Assembly (NCBI GenBank): GCA_030390025.1
Contig: CM059450.1
Coordinates: forward strand, 1,302,001-1,366,000
Direction: 5' to 3'
Source: Squalus acanthias
Taxonomy: Eukaryota
DNA: 64,000 bases
Under the pieces are notes generated by a model. It was not told the origin of the DNA. It saw nothing but the letters and a program-made list of their open reading frames with translations, and ran no database searches. Shown piece by piece: positions 62,334-64,000 of this stretch. A program made the translations under genes and the position numbers. How positions within the stretch are numbered: position 1 is the first letter of the stretch; each line of letters starts with the position of its first letter.

Positions 62334-62406
62334 CTATGGGCGTGTTTACACTGCAGACCCCTATCACACACTCGCTCCTGCTCCCACCTATGGGGTTAGC
62401 GCTGTG
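62334..62406 (+). CDS. RBFOX2: RBFOX2 coding exon, 73 nt ([25 protein letters not shown])
   Basis: ttttgcAG acceptor, GTG|GTAAGT donor, phase 2/0; the terminal exon is not found in the window. Confidence 0.96.
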
Positions 62407-62462
62407 GTAAGTGAACTCGTAAGTTAAAATTTTTTTTTTAAACAACAGTTTTAATTTGTTAT

Positions 62463-63058
62463 CAACTTCAATGTAGAAAAACATCTAAGGCACGTCACAG
62501 AAGTGTAATAGACCAAAATGGACACTAAGCCAAAGAAGGATGTATTAAGAGGGGTGATCAAAAGATGTGCGGGTTAGGTTGATTTGGCTATCATAAATTG
62601 ACCCTTAGTGTTAGGGGGATTAAATACGTGGGGTTACGGGGATAGGGTGGGATATGTGTCGGTGCAGGCTCGATGGGCCGAAATGGCCTCTATCTGCACT
62701 GTGGGGATTATGTGAAAAGCTTGGTCAAAGAGGTGGGTTTTAAGGAGGAGAGCGGGAGGGAATTCCAGAACAAGGCTGAAGACAAGGCCCCCAATGGTGG
62801 GGCAAAGGAAGGGGGGATGCAACAAGAGTCCAGAGTCGGAGAAACGAAGAGTTCTGGAGGGGTGTCAGGCTGAAGGACGTTGGAGATAACGAAGGGCAAG
62901 GTCATGAAGGGTTTTAAACATGAGGTTGAGAATTTAAAATTGAGGTGTTGGGGGACCGGAAGCTGATGTAGGTCAGTGAGTACAGGGATGATGGGTGAGT
63001 GGGACCTGGTATCAGGATAGCTTACATGCAGCAGAGTTTTGCATGAGGTGAAGTTTAC
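62463..63058 (-). mobile_element. L2-clade LINE 3' fragment, interrupted by a SINE and abutting a CR1
   Basis: Minus-strand ORF with SPIIPVLTDLHQLPVPQHLNFK..LFWNSLP..LKTHLFDQAF. Confidence 0.8.
62562..62714 (+). mobile_element. 5'-truncated HE1-type V-SINE nested in an L2 fragment
   Basis: Nearly identical to 56125-56243. Confidence 0.88.
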
Positions 63059-64000
63059 AGATAGGCAATGGCAAACATTTAAAGATCGCATGGATGAACT
63101 ACAGAATTTGTTCATCCCTGTTTGGCATCAAAATAAAACAAAAAAGGTGACTCAACCGTGGCTAACAAGGGAAATTAGGGATAGCATAAGATCCAAGGAG
63201 AGGACATATAAATTGGCCAGAAAAAGCAGCAAACCTGAGGATTGGGAGCAGTTTAGGATTCAGCAAAGGAGGACAAAGGGATTAATTAAGAGGGGGGAGA
63301 TAGAGTATGAGAGTAAGCTTGCAGGGAACATAAAAACTGACTGTAAAAGCTTCTATAGATATGTGAAGAGAAAAAGATTGGTGAAGTCAAGCGTAGGTCT
63401 CTTGCAGTCAGAATCAGGGGAATTTATAATGGGGAACAAAGAAATGGCAGACCAATTAAATACATACTTTGGTTCTGTCTTCACAAAGGAGGACACAAAT
63501 AAACTCCCAGAGATGTTGGGGAACATAGGGTCTAATGAGAGGGAGGAACTGAATGAAATCAGTATTTGTAGGGAAATGGTGTTAGGGAAATTGACGAGAT
63601 TGAAGGCCGATAAATCCCATGGGCCTGATAATCTACATCCTAGGGTACTTAAGGAAGTGGCCCTAGAAATAGTAGATGCATTGCTGGTCATCTTCCAAAA
63701 TTCTATAGACTCTGGAACAGTTCCCATGGATTGGAGGGTAGCTAATGTAACCCCACTATTTAAAACAGGTGGTAGAGAGAAAACGGGGAATTATAGAGGT
63801 AAGCCTGACATCGGTAGTGGGGAAAATGCTAGAGTCCATTATAAAAGATGTAATAGCAGAGCACTTGGAAAACAGTGACAGGATCGGACAAAGTCAACAT
63901 GGATTTGCAAAAGGTAAATCATGCTTGACTAATCTACTGGAATTTTTTGAGGATGTAACTGGTAGAATAGATAAGGGAGAACCAGTGGATGTGGTGTATT
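63059..64000 (+). mobile_element. CR1 LINE ORF2 fragment related to the 7.5-11 kb copy, 5'-truncated, frameshifted near 63798, continues past the window
   Basis: Collinear with about 8815-9760 (DRQWQTFKDRM...KADKSHGPDNLHPRVLKE); 2-nt deletion after GNYR. Confidence 0.93.

Overview
Vertebrate nuclear DNA, almost certainly an elasmobranch (shark/ray) judging by HE1-type V-SINEs, SacSINE1-type DeuSINEs and shark-type CR1 LINEs. The whole window lies inside one + strand gene of the RBFOX (Fox-1) splicing-factor family, most likely RBFOX2. Eleven coding exons are readable with canonical AG/GT sites and consistent phases. They include the 93-nt autoregulated RRM exon and both mutually exclusive exons B40 and M43. 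The ten-exon B40 isoform gives 963 nt = 321 open codons; the first and last exons lie outside the window. Introns hold a 5'-truncated CR1 LINE with an unbroken ORF2, many CR1/L2/SINE fragments, two minisatellites and palindromic repeats. The main unexplained signals are: (1) a G.U-rich long-range inverted complementarity (about 150-170 nt arms, about 2.7 kb apart) in the intron before the last visible exon; (2) a frame-preserving 75-nt candidate cassette exon; (3) three candidate poison exons after the RRM exon; (4) two different minisatellites sharing an inverted core that bracket two known exons and the 75-nt candidate; (5) an in-register TTTAAAC slippery site at the CR1 ORF1/ORF2 junction. 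No prokaryotic systems or CRISPR arrays are present. Comparisons with mammalian proteins are from memory, not database searches, and repeat boundaries are approximate.
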